A stretch of DNA of 56,094 nucleotides, the filler included, from Sphacelaria rigidula (Eukaryota): the NCBI GenBank assembly GCA_964200075.2. It is 5 parts of 5 records of this genome, joined end to end, with 100 filler letters (N's around TTAATTAATTAA, not from the genome) between each part and the next. Parts side by side here need not be neighbours in the genome. Positions count along the whole stretch, not along the records: positions 22,479 to 33,617 come from CAXNAA020005337.1; positions 33,718 to 44,856 come from CAXNAA020005338.1; 3 more parts are not named here. The stretch is one strand, 5' to 3'. A program made the position numbers and the translations under genes. Below the pieces are notes generated by a model. The model did no database searches. It was not told the DNA's origin and saw only the letters and a program-made list of their open reading frames with translations. Positions 22,530 to 34,754 of this stretch are shown piece after piece (positions within the stretch are counted from its first letter, which is position 1; every line of letters begins with the position of its first letter).

Positions 22530-25210
22530 CATGCATGATCATGAGTACATCCCCCTCACGAATGTTCCGAATGTCAGTCAGTTCGGTAACCGTCCGTCCG
22601 ATCGTCTAGCCAGAGCTCTCGCAAACAGCAGTCGCCGTTGCCGGACGATGGCTTCAACACTTTGGCATCCGGTCTTCTGGAGGACCTGGGCGTACGATAA
22701 CTGTCGGCATGTGCCACGCACGCGGCGGTATCCGATACCTCGGAGGAGGAGCCGGTAGTGTATCGTCCTCAGCAACCGGTGATGCTCGAGGGGCTGAGCC
22801 CACGTCATGCATCCGCACTGTAGGGCCTTGATCGCCTCCGCCTTCAGCAGTTGGACCTTGAATCTCCATGGTGCTTTCGGTCGGTCAATGAGCTCCCAGG
22901 AGAACTTGCTGATGCACGCCCATGCTGCTCTGCTCCGGTTGTTGATCTCTTGTGTGAGCTTGCCATCTTCGTGGACGAGCCCACCCAAGTATCGGAACTT
23001 CGTGGCTTGTGCGTATTTCCGCCCCGCTGCTGTGATGACCCGTGGCGGGGGAGGTGGTGTTGTTAGCTCCCCTTTCAGAGGCGATTGTTTTGGTGCGCAC
23101 ATCAGTAGCGCCTTGTGTTAAGCTCCGACACCGTAGTCCAAAGGCCCCAAACACGCGTACTATAACGGTCATCACCCTCGCCAAGCCGTCGGGGGATCTC
23201 GAGATGACGACCGCGTCATCGGCGTATGGCATTCCCCACACCGCTCCGTACGCGTTCCAGAGGTGTCTCCGTCCCCCTCCCCGTCTCCTCGTCGAGATAG
23301 ATCATGTCTTTGAGGACGATGTCGTTCTCGCTGGATCGCATGAAAACTATCTCGACCGCCGCAGCGAAACAAATAGTGAACTGCAGTGGAGACAGCACAT
23401 ATCCTTGTCGCAGTCTCTGAGTGACCTCGAACCACTCCGACAACTCCCCGGTGTCTATGCGTAAGCAGGCCTACGTGCCGTCATGGGCTTGGCGGAATAG
23501 CTGCATCTTATCCGCAATACCAGCTCGGGTGGGTACCTGCCATGGAAGCTCTCGGTCGATCGAATCATGAGCCCTTTGGAGGTCGACGAAGCACATGTAT
23601 AGCGGTATTCTCCGCCGTGGTCCCAGTTCCTGGAGTCGGCGCACTATGAACAGCATGTCGATGGTAGATTGATCAGGTTGGAAGCCGCACTGCTCCTCCG
23701 GCAGTATCCCACAGGCTTCGCAGCAATCGCTAAGGCAGTTGGCCACTATCTTCAAAAGCATTTTCTCCCCGTGCGAGACCAGTGAAATTCCCCTGTAGTT
23801 GTTGTAGGTGGAGCCGTCCGAACTCTTGTAGAACATTTTTATCGTATAGTGCCCTTCCACTCCTGCGGGGCCCTACCTCCGTTCCAGACCTCGACGAGGA
23901 TAGCATGGAAGCGTCCGAGAACGATAGGCTCGGCGCGACCGTCAATCTTGAATAGTTCTACAGGGAAGGAGTCGTGTCCCGGCGCTTTCAAGTTTTGCAT
24001 CTCCCGAACTGCTCGTATCGTCTCCTAAAGCTCTCCCGAACTGCTCGTGTGGTCTCCTAAAGCGTTGGTGCTGACCCAAGCGGCACTGAATCTTCGGTGG
24101 GTGATTCTGCCGGTCGCTGCTTCACCTCCTCGATGATGGCTGGGTTCAGCGTGGGCGATTCAGTGTTCAGCAGGGTTTGGAAATTTCTCGCCCATCGTTT
24201 CCGAATCTCGATACATTTTTGTCAGTAGAACCCCGTTCTCGTCCTTGATGAACTGCTGTGCTTCGCCACGTACCTCTCCAGGTGTGCATGGACGCCATCG
24301 TCTATCGCAGTACGTACTCCCTTGCGCGCGGCTCTCAGTGTTTTCGACGTTGATAATGTCCGGTTGTCCTTGATCCGTCGGTGTGCCTCCCGTCAGTTGG
24401 CAAGCGCCACCTCTGCCGTTGCTCCCTTGTCGGGACTTTCACACCATTCCGGCATTAGTGGTATCCGAGTCTCTTCCGGGAGTGCTGTCTGTGCTGCTTC
24501 GAGAATAGCTTCGGTGAACTGCTTCGCGGCTGCCGGTGTGGCGGTGGGTGGCTCGTATGCTCGTTCCTCGAGGTTGTGCGGGAACCTCTCGATCACATGC
24601 TGCCGTGCTATTTCGATCTACAGCTGCTGTCTACTGAATCGTCGCTGCTTTGATTCGGTTCGTGCGGTACGGTTGTGGTCGACGCGGCCCCCGAGGTCGA
24701 CAGTGGCCATTACCATGTTGTGATCCGGGTCAGCTTTGGCCGGAGGTGCAGGTTGAGGATGTACGACTACGTTGCGCCCTCCACCTCGGTGTGCCTGCCG
24801 GGTGAGTATGCAGCAGTCTGTGCGCTTGAACTCACGCGTACGGTTCCCTCGACACCGTTGTATGTATGTCATATCCCGCGTTCACGCGTGCTATAGAAGG
24901 TGTTCGTGTTGGCTAGTTTGTTGCCGGCTGCGAAAGCCAACAGTAAGTGGCCGTCATCATTCAGCTCATCACGGCCATAGGCGCCATGATCCCTTCGTCC
25001 TGTAGGCCCTCTTTTAATTATGTCCCTGTTCGCGCGTTAGCGTCCATCATCTCATATACACACTCATTCGACGGGGTACGCTGTACGAGATCCTTGAGCT
25101 CACCCGAGAATGCTTGTTTGGTTTCGTCCTTGACGACTTCGGCTGATGCATACGCAGCCATGAAGTTGATCGCTCCGTTTTGCCCCGGGATTTCCTGTGC
25201 TCCCGCATAT
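22530..25210 (-). mobile_element. Non-LTR retrotransposon (LINE, RTE-like), decayed APE endonuclease plus RT
   Basis: Endonuclease remnants AAYAS..DANARTG and DPDHNMV. RT remnants NYRGISLVSH, EEQCGF..STIDMLF, CFVDLQRAHDSIDRE, LRQGYVLSPLQF, YADD, FRYLG, RQRRLLF..GRLP. Multiple frameshifts. Confidence 0.92.
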
Positions 25211-25667
25211 TATGTACCAATTATGCCTCTAGTCTTTTCCCCTTCGACTTCTTGACTTGATGTATGTGTGTTTTTTTGCGCACTCAATTTTGTTCGAATA
25301 TCTCCGGGTTTGCGTAGTGTATGTTTAAAACAATGTATTTCAAGTTAAATAGCATCATAGGTATATAACCGCATGTTTAATTCAATACGGAGATGATCGG
25401 GGTGCATTCATGCCCACTACTGACCTATTGTGTTGACCTTCTGCTTAAAATGGAAGTACATGTGGTAGCATGTGCTCATTTTCCCTGTTATAACAGGGGA
25501 TTTTACAAATTGCGGGTGGATTTTTTTTAGGAAGAGCCTTGGGAACGTTCATAAGCGAGCATCGAAATACTTCCGGGGGAAGTTACAAATGCATTTTCCG
25601 GCCGTGAGGTGTGGCCTCACTCTGAAAAAATAGCAATTTGTAAAATCACGTGTTTATTTTGAACAAT

Positions 25668-25841
25668 TTCACACCTTGGACAATATATAATCAATAGTTG
25701 CAATAGATGAGAAACGTACTGCATGAAGTATAGGCCTATTGCGACTATTGTCGGCGGGCAATAGTTGCAATAGGCCTATACTTCATGCAGTACACTTCTT
25801 ATCTATTGCATCTATTAACCATATATTGTCCAGGGTGTGAA
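25668..25841. mobile_element. Palindromic MITE-like foldback (~83-bp arms, 8-nt loop)
   Basis: TTCACACCTTGGACAATATAT..GCGACTATTG-TCGGCGGG-CAATAGTTGC..ATATATTGTCCAGGGTGTGAA. A related monomeric copy lies at 39396-39503. Confidence 0.85.
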
Positions 25842-26474
25842 CAGTTTCGACCTCCATTCATTCCCATACGAAAGCGCCGTTCCCATTTTTCAGAATCGCC
25901 CACTGCTAGCACGGGATTACACGCAGTGAAAATTGATAGTTTTTTTAGAATGAGCGAGGCCACACATCACGGCCGGAGGATGCGTTTGCAACTTTTTTCA
26001 AAAATGTTTCGATTATTTATGCAAGTTTCCAAGGCTTATCCTCGGAAACAAATCCATCCACACTTCAGTTGTGAAATCCCGTGTTTTATGCTCCTGGCTG
26101 TGCTGGAAATACTCCGAGTAGTTCTGGCGATGCGTCTTTTTTCGAACCTGCTTTTGGTTATGCTCGTCGTTCTTTGGTGCAAAATTACAATGTCCTCTTC
26201 TGCGGGCAGAATGGGTAAGACCCTAGTGGTGATGGTTGAGTTTTTGTCAAGAGGCTGTCAAGCGTGCACTTCGATGCACGCGGGCAAGCAGTGCAGACAG
26301 TGTTTGTAGCTTCGTGATCCCCGTGAGAGGATGAGGTGCAGACTCGACTGCGATAGTCGATCAGTCGAGACAACTGTGACAGTCGATCAGTGGACACGGC
26401 TGACTGCCGATCAGGATTGGGGATAATGAATATTTAGCCTCATTGGATGAAAGCGAAAGAAAGGAGAGGGAGAG

Positions 26475-26668
26475 TGACATCATAGGGGGCTACGATCTCA
26501 AGGTGGCAAACACACGCACTCACGTATGTCCAGTTACTACCATCACAGTATAAAGTCATCCCGCATAGTACCCGGAACTCAAACAGGTATGTTATTAGAC
26601 TATTGTACCTTATCCTGACGAGGTGTATCTTACGGACTACCCCCGCCATCCCACGAATAGACATATCA
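26475..26668. mobile_element. Possible short LTR-like segment
   Basis: TGACAT..ATATCA ends, preceded by the purine tract GAAAGAAAGGAGAGGGAGAG. No partner LTR or TSD seen. Confidence 0.25.
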
Positions 26669-27729
26669 ATTTAGCAATGCGCACAAGGTTTAATGGGTCG
26701 TGTCCGAACATGCAACACCTCAAGATAGTTTCGCACAATAGCAGGTTGATATCCAATTGATCTTGAAGACTCTTGTTCATTCGTATTCGTTATTGTTCTG
26801 TTCAATGCCTTTTCACGTCGCTCACCGAACTACAGCAGTGCTTTGCAGCAGGCTCCACTTCGTAAGTTCCTCGAGAGCTGGGTGCTCGCTGACCATACCT
26901 TTTTTTCAATCAAATTCGCACTCGGTCTGATCAAGCCTGATCAGACCTGAAATCACAATGTCCCGTATATTTGGCTATGAACGCCTCCTAGCCTCATGAC
27001 ACTAGCCCACCCAGACGAACCTCTATCACAGTTGCGATGAGAAGTCTAGAAAAGCAACGAAAGTCGAGGTTTTTCTCCACGTGAAGTCGTGAATGGCAAG
27101 AAAGGCAAACCCAAACGCTGTAAGAGCACACGACCAGAGAGAAAAGTACGCCCAAGACCAGGAGGATATGTCTACTCTGTTGCCCGATCCTCTCACACCT
27201 CAAAGAAGGGAACGATAAACTGCTACAAAAGAAAGCGCAAGTGCGCTTGAAGACGCAGGAGCGCACAATGCTGCTGCGGGCTAGCGAACCTAACGGAAGA
27301 ACGCACAATGCTTCGACGCGCTAGTCAAAGTGAAGAGGCAAAAGGGAAGGCATACCAGGGGCACAACGTCTACGTAGGTGATACGAAACTCAGCCGCCGA
27401 ATCGTCAATCACATACTGTGGGGCATGGTGGCCAAGGAAGGCAAAGGAATCAGCAACACAAAGACTGCAAGGGGTCCAGCGCCAGTCATACAGATCAAGA
27501 GGGAGAATACAAAAAGTTCCAGTAGCCGAGGATGAATGTGCTCCAGGCAAGTTTCCTTCGTTGTCCGTTGCTGTGCGCCGAAAAAGCTCCGGTTGTAGGA
27601 TGTTGAAGAAGTCGGTGTGGTGGAAATGGTTTGTCCTTAATAATGGAAGCGGGGGGATATTTCTAACGATAGGGAAAGTATACAAGAGAAAAAGCGGTGC
27701 AATAACATCGTGGGTGCGGTCGATATTGT

Positions 27730-28520
27730 GTTGGAGTTAGATTCCGCGGTGGAGGCCTTTGGACTTGAGCTGCTGGAGGCACCAATATCCTCGTGGTGCG
27801 GATGGATTGGTGGTATAGAGCTCTTGGCGGAGCTTGAGCTGCACGGGTCCAGGGTTGATGAAACGCACAATGGATGTGTCAGTCGCGTTCAGGTTGGCGG
27901 AGTGGGTCTGGCTCAGCCACCAGAGGTTTCGCTGCCTTTGTACCACAAATAGGCGCCTTTGGGGAGGAATCCCTGTTCTGCGCGGATCGTTTCTTCCCAA
28001 TGCTTGGTGGTATTCAATTCATAACCATCGGCGACAAAGCGCAAACCTTTGTCACGGTGAAGTTCGCGGACTGCTGCGCCGCGGCGCATGTTGCGATATT
28101 TTTTGTTGTTAGTAAGATGTTGCTGCTGGGGTTGCGTCCGGTAGAGGAGAATAGCTCGGCGGTGCAGCTGAAGGTCGGATTCACGTTCCCAGGACGCTCT
28201 CCGAAGGCCTTGCCAATGAGTTTTGTACATGACAGCAATCTTACCGCCTCGACCGCGAGTGATCTGGTGACCAGATATATGAGACACGGCTAGGTGAAGA
28301 AGTTGTTCGGTCATGTCGTCAGTGGTGACGTGATAAGGCGGTGACTTAATCAAATAGCTGTTAAACAGGTATTGTATAAAGACCGGCAGGCAGATATTTG
28401 GGCATGTCACTAGCGTCATGCGGGTTCGTGCAAGGTTTGCATCAGCGCACAGAGACGCGAGATTTGGCGCCATGTCCCTGAAGATCGTTAGGCTAGCTCA
28501 TGGAATTTTTGCAACCCGTA
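27730..28520 (-). mobile_element. Gypsy integrase C-terminal remnant (diverged relative of 7487-8461)
   Basis: CKPCTNPHD, PPYHVTTDD, ISGHQITRGRGGKIAVMYKTHWQG..SWERESDL, KGAYLWYK, LWWL, GYWCLQ align by eye with the copy in segment 1. Confidence 0.88.
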
Positions 28521-28662
28521 CACGTTTTATTTCTCCTGGGCTGGGAGGCCTTGGTTACAGTAGTAGGCCGATTTCGATGGGAAACGAAGCCAAAATATCC
28601 CAATTCGCTTGCCTGCGGCGGCGCTTCCCGCGGGCCCCCCTCGCCAGCCAGGGGAGGGAAAA

Positions 28663-28735
28663 GGGGGCGTACTCATTTTTGTTGCTTGCCTAAGTCGTTT
28701 GACCATTGACCACGCATCCCTTACAAGACGGAGAA
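28663..28735 (+). repeat. ~65-70-bp dispersed repeat (copies at 22479-22525 -, 37373-37438, 42281-42352, 44957-45020 -, 52666-52745)
   Basis: Consensus (G)nCGTACTCATTTGTTGCTTGCCTWAGTCGTTTGACCATTGACCACGCATCCCTT..AGACGGAG seen six times in three contigs. Confidence 0.85.
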
Positions 28736-28903
28736 TTCTGGCGGAGGGGGGCGTTTGGGGTTCGCACAACGAGCGGGCTCGGCTACGCTCACCCGTTCAC
28801 TGTGCAAGCCCGCTCGCCGCATTCGCACTCCGGCTTCGCCGAAATTTACCGAAATTTATCGATATCGAACGCTGAAAAGTTCGAAAACGTGTCGAAGTGA
28901 TAA

Positions 28904-31260
28904 GAGCTGGTCCAGCCTAGAAACAAATTTGTAGCTTGCAGGCCCCGCCTCACCTGAATTTTGAGAGTTGGATTTGCAAATTTGGTACGAAGAATGAATA
29001 GGGCATAATGAAAAAAATCTATGAACGTCAAGTTTTGTCTTCTTCATGTGTTGACGGCATTTTAATGAAAAGTGGAAACTGATAATTGCCTTTAATTCAT
29101 GGGAAAAAAAAAAAGTTGACTTGCTAAGATTGTTCTATATCGTGTCCAACTCATTCTCCGTACCAATTTTCAAAGTCCAACTCTCAAATTGAGGGGAGGC
29201 GGAACGATTTAGAAACCGGGCCGGTCGAAATTCGGAACAGTATTTTGCAGGCCACTCACCGACCAAGGTTTGGTACTTGTGCTTTGGAATTCTGTGTGGG
29301 ACCTCGCGAGGGTAGAAAGAACCAAAAAAGTGCGACGGCTTGATTTTTTCTTCTCTCACTGGTTTACGACGTTTCAGTTTAGTAAAGACCATTTCTCCAC
29401 GATAACGCACTTACTTCTCCAGAAAAAGATGAAGAACCACTTTTTTTTTTCAGTATTCCTTTGCGATTCTCCATGCTAAATTTCAACTCAAATTTCTAAG
29501 TGTTAAGCTTAATAACTGAGATAAGGTCCGAAAACAATGCCCATTTTCCCTCAACATTCCCCTGAAGAGCGAAAAAAATGAAGATGAAAGACATGAAAAA
29601 AGCTAAAATTTTCTTTTTCATCACTCACTAGCGATTCTCCATATAAAATATCCAAGGCTTGGTTCTGTAGAGTACGGTTTTCCGTACACTCGGGGTATTT
29701 TCCCGGGTATTTACCGTACCCGACAGTTCTGTAAACTCTGTAAGACTTTCATACCCTTACCCGATAGTTCTGTGAGTTATGTAATCCTCCCGTACCGTTA
29801 CCGAGGGGTACGGGTGTGCTCTTGATAAGATACCCGGTTGCGGGTACGAGATTCTGTGCAACCTCTACCCTATCCGACAGTTTCTGTGAGTTCTGTAAGC
29901 CTCCCATACCCTTACCCGACAGTTCTGTGAGTTCTGTACAGAATATTTACCCGTACCTGGAGCGCGGGTATGCTATGAAAAAATACCCGATTGCCGGCAC
30001 GGTTTTCTGTAAGCCCCCCATACCGTATCGATCAACCCAACCTACTCCTTCATTCAACACTGCACACCGACAAAAAATAAATATTGGTATGTTCTTTAGT
30101 TTGGAATCTGACAGATAACGAGGTACTGCTGTGTGGAAACACGAAACAGAGCAGCACTGCAGACCGTCAGGATGGATCACCCTCACACTCGAGTGGTGGT
30201 GGCTCGAGCGGGGGCGGTTCATCTGCGCCACCAGGGGATCAAGTAGCAAGACGCACATCATCGACGTTGATGGTGGTTGTGTCGTGGTCATAATAACCCC
30301 AGGCCGTTATCGACATGCGCAAGAAAGAGTATGAACCACCACCGGAAGTCGTCAAGGCCGTCGACGATTTTGTCGTTCCGAAGGGCTTCCACAGAGCGGG
30401 CAGCCGTGAACGCCCCTCCATACACTTTCTGGGAGTGTACGTGAAGCCGGCAGATGTTGACGGTGCCGTGCATATGTGCAACTGCGGGTGTTGGTGTACT
30501 TCTTCTCCCTGTGAAGTCGTTCAGAGTTTTGTTCGACCGTCCTCTGTATTTCGCCACTGTAGTGACGTAGCTCCCACCACAGGAGTGATGATAATACCGA
30601 GGTCGTGCTTCGTGGGGTACGGCTTTCCGTATATCTGGGGTTATTTTCCCGAGTATTTACCGTACCTTCTTACAGTTCTCTGGCTTCTAAAAGACTTTCA
30701 TACCGGTATCCGACAGTTCTGAAAGCTCTAGAAGACTTTCGTACCGGTACCTAACAGTTCTGTAATCCCTGTAAGACTCCCATGCCCTTACCCGATAGTT
30801 CTGTGAGTTATACAAGCCTCCCCCGGTACCGTTACCGTTGGGCACGGGTATGCTCTTGATATATACCCGGTCGCGGGTACAGTATTCCGAGCAACCTCCA
30901 TACCCTACCCGACAGTTTCTGTGAGTTCTGTACGCCTCCCATACCCTTACCCGACAGTTCTGTGAGTTCTGTACAGAATATTTGCCCGTACTCGGAACGC
31001 GGGTATGCTCTGGAAGAAATACCTGATGACCGGTACGGTTTTCTGTAAGCCCACCATACCGTACCCGACAGTTTTGTAAATTCTGTAAGTTTTCATACCG
31101 GTACCCGATATTTCTCTGTGTTTCGCAAGGAATCTCAAACCCGACAGAACATACTCGTACCCTACCAATCACAACCTTGAAAAATTCAAAACGCAACTCT
31201 CAAAAACTGAAACGCGAAATCTAGATTTCTTGCATTTTGTGCGCTGCTCATAACATATTG
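28904..31260 (+). mobile_element. Non-autonomous TIR element (GAGCTGG..CAGCCTA terminus), copy 1, interrupted by a hAT-like insertion
   Basis: 28904-29652 plus 31180-about 31230 is collinear with the reverse complement of about 35868-37155 (for example GAAATTCGGAACAGTATTTTGCAGGCCAC). Preceded by TAA. Right boundary approximate. Confidence 0.7.
29653..31179. mobile_element. hAT-like non-autonomous DNA transposon with arrays of CCGTACCCGACAGTTCTGT subterminal repeats
   Basis: Ends CAAGG..GTAGAGTACGG and CGTACCCTACCAATCACAACCTTG are imperfect TIRs. Degenerate 8-bp TSD AAAATATC / AAAAATTC; the equivalent 8 bp occurs once at the paralogous empty site near 35905-35915. Confidence 0.7.
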
Positions 31261-31591
31261 ATCCTAGTAAGAAATCTTTCATGTGCGCTATAGCTTCTGC
31301 CAGACGATCTGGACAAGAAGACTTTCAACGAGGGACTCCTCCAGCATCACTGGCCTCGTGCTCGACAAGCCCTTTCTTCTCACTTGTTATAATCACGGAG
31401 TGATTCTCAACAGACCACTTCGAGAGCCAGACAGCAACGGGCCACACAGATAAGGGTCATCAATCCAGGATCCCCTGTCCACTGCCACGGCTCCAATCAT
31501 GCATGCGATTATACTGAAATCTTCGGCTTGGTATCGTTTGGCTACAGCATTATCTCGAAATATATGGCGAATTACGTGAAGGTGAGGGTAT

Positions 31592-33440
31592 CAAGGTTAG
31601 GTCGAGTAGAGTATACACAAAACTCGGTATTTTTGAAGAGTCATACTTTTAGTACTCAGTTTGAGTAGAGTATTGGAGGCCGTACTCAACCTACTCAATT
31701 ACTCGAGTAGAGTATGTGAGATCATACTCAGTCTACTCGAACTTTGAGTAGAATATTGAGGTCATACTCAAGTGATACTCTATACTCAAGGATTACTGAG
31801 AGTGCTTACTCAATATTTGAGTAGAGTTTTTGAGGTCGTACTCGATCTACTCAAATTTTGAGTAGAATATTGGAGGCCGAACTCAACGTACTCAAAATTT
31901 GAGCAGGGTATTGGAGGTCATACTCGACGTACTCAGTATTTGAGTAGAGTATTGAGGCCATACTCATGTGATGCTCTATACTCAAGTACTACTGAGAGTG
32001 CTTACTCAATATTTGCGTGGAGTATTTGAGGTCGTACTCGACCTACTCAAAATTTGAGTAGAGTATTGGAGGCCGTACTCAACGTACTCAAACTTGAGTA
32101 GAGTATTCGAGGCGATACTTAACGTACGCAAAAATATAGTAGAGTATTGAGGTCATACTCAAGTGATACTCTATACTCAAGTACTACTGAGAGTGCTTAC
32201 TCAATACTTGAGTAGAGTATTGGAGGTCGTACTCGACCTACTCAAAATTTGAGTAGAGTATTCGAGGCCGTACTCAACGTACTCAAAATTTGAGTAGAGT
32301 ATTGAGATCATACTCAAGTGATACTCTCTACTCAAGTATTACTGAGAGTGCTTATTCAATAATTGAGGAGAGTATTCGAGGCCGTACTCGACGTGCTCAA
32401 AATTTGAGTAGAGTATTTGAGGCCGTACTTGACGTACTCAAAATTTGAGTTGAGTATTGAGGTCATACTCAGGTGATTTTCTCTACTCAAGTATTACTGA
32501 GAGTGCTTACTCAATAATTGAGTAGAGTATTTGAGGTCGTACTCGATCTACTCAAAATTTGAGTCGAGTATTGGAGATCGTACTCAACGTGCTCAACATT
32601 GAGTAGAGTATGTCAGGCCATACTCAACGTACTCAAAATTTGAGTAGAGTATTTGAGGTCATACTCAAGTGATTATCTATACTCGAGTATTACTGAGAGT
32701 GCTTACTCAATGTGTGAGTAGAGTATTTGAGATCGTACTCGACCTACTCCAAATTTGAGTAGAGTATTGGAGGCCGTACTCAACGTACTCAGAATTTGAG
32801 TAGAGTATTGGAGGCCGTACTCAACGTACTCCAACTTGAGTAGAGTATTCGAGGCCATACTCGACCCACTCAAAAATTGCGCAGAGTATTGGAGGCCGTA
32901 CTCAACGTACTCAGAATTTGAGTAGAGTATTGGAGGCCGTACTCGACGTACTCAAAACTTGAGTAGAGTATTCGAGGCCATACTCGAACTACTCAAAAAT
33001 TGAGTAGAGTATTGAGGTCAAACTCAAGTGATTCTCTATACCAGAGTATTACTGAGAGTGCTTGCTCAATATTTGAGTGAAGTATTTGAGGCCGCACTCG
33101 ACCTACTCCAAATTTGAGTAGAGTATTGAGGTCATGCTCAACGTACTCAAACTTGAGTAGAGTATTCGAGGCCATACTCGACCCACTCAAAATTTGAGTA
33201 GAGTATTGAGGTCATGCTCAAGTGATACTCTATATTCAAGGATTACTGAGAGTGCTTGCTCAATACTTGAGTAGAGTATTGGAGGCCGTACTCGAACGAC
33301 TCAATACTTGAGTAGAGTATTGAGTTCATACTCAAGTGATACTCTCTACTCAAGTATTACTGAGAGTGCTTACTCAATATTTGAGTAGAGTGTTTGAGGT
33401 CGTACTCGACCTACTCAATACTTGAGTAGAGTCACGACCT
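31592..33440. repeat. Palindromic 41-bp satellite (GAGTA/TACTC) with variable higher-order units
   Basis: Monomer GAGTAGAGTATTGGAGGCCGTACTCAACGTACTCAAAATTT. Marker ACTGAGAGTGCT recurs at 31795, 31991, 32186, 32341, 32496, 32692, 33051, 33245 and 33359. Confidence 0.96.
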
Positions 33441-33617
33441 ATTAAAATATGTGAAAGTACGCCAGGATTACTACTCCAGTGTGCTGAGGATATCCCGAAT
33501 GAATTTGCAAACGGGGATGCCCTGATCCATGTTTTTGTGCATCTAGAATCGTTAGGAGCCCCTGAGCTAGACATATAAAAAAAAAAAAAGTGCACCCCTA
33601 CCGTAGCATTGTTCCCT

Positions 33618-33717
33618 NNNNNNNNNNNNNNNNNNNNNNNNNNNNNNNNNNNNNNNNNNNNTTAATTAATTAANNNNNNNNNNNNNNNNNNNNNNNNNNN
33701 NNNNNNNNNNNNNNNNN
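33618..33717. other. Assembly spacer
   Basis: 100 bp of N with TTAATTAATTAA. Confidence 0.99.
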
Positions 33718-34643
33718 GGTTCAGCAGTCCCCTTCCCTCGTCGACCGTTAAGTCGAATTTTGTGTACCCACGACATAGTCGCTCTCCACTCTATCTTACA
33801 AATGACCGTATTTCGCTTCTCATTCAAGGAACGAAAACACGTTGGGAGGGGGAGGGGGGAAGAAAAGGTTTTACCATCACAGAAAAAAGTGACGCCAAAA
33901 AGACGAGAGTAAATATCAGAACAACTCTAAAAAATGTCAATATTGGGTATGTTTTCTCTCTAACTTTTTCTCGTATCTGTTTCTAATAAACCCCACCACA
34001 GCATCGTCACTGAAACCGATATTACCCAAACGCCCAGATACACATCAAGAAACAGACTTACGGGATAGAGGGAGTATTGACCAATTTTATGTTTCTCGTA
34101 TACAGGTACTAGAGAGCTCTAGTCCCCGTATTTACCGACACAAACGCCTCCTACAAAATAAATTTTCTGAATTCAAGCATCTTATATTTCTCCTATTATA
34201 CAAACCAAATTTCTATATCGAATAATCATTATTTATCTTGGTCCCACAGACCCGCAGATCGCCATAAATATATATATATATTTATATATCCGCACACCAA
34301 CGCCTCCTGATGAATACAAAAAAAATAATTACAAAAAACAAAGTGCTATCTCCGGACTCATTGAGCGCCCACTACTTACTGTTCCAGGAATGCAACCTGA
34401 CAGTCCTGCGGACATTCTGGGAATATGACGATTTGTGTGCGTAAATTAATAGGCCCCATTATGACGGCGTCTGGGCGCTAGATCAGAGAAATAATCCAAA
34501 CTCATTATTCTATTGTTGGAGTATGGCGAATGACGTAGTCTATTTCATTTTTCACGGTTGAGCGGGCGACTGTATCACACACCGTAGAGTACTCTCAGCT
34601 GTATCTGCCGAGGAAGGATCCATCATCAGCACGATGACCGCAC

Positions 34644-34754
34644 CCGTAACGCCTCCCAATCCCGATAATATGGACTTCGTCGACTCCCACCACGGAAAAC
34701 TCAATGAGATCTCGGATGAGTTGCTGGTGGTGTGGGCGCACTACCCGGTACCAT
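34644..34754 (-). CDS. Candidate 111-bp internal exon, possibly a downstream part of the CLU-domain gene
   Basis: CCCAG acceptor and GTGCGG donor; open only in phase 2: WYRVVRPHHQQLIRDLIEFSVVGVDEVHIIGIGRRY. The link to the 37770 exon (phase 1) is not resolved. Confidence 0.35.
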
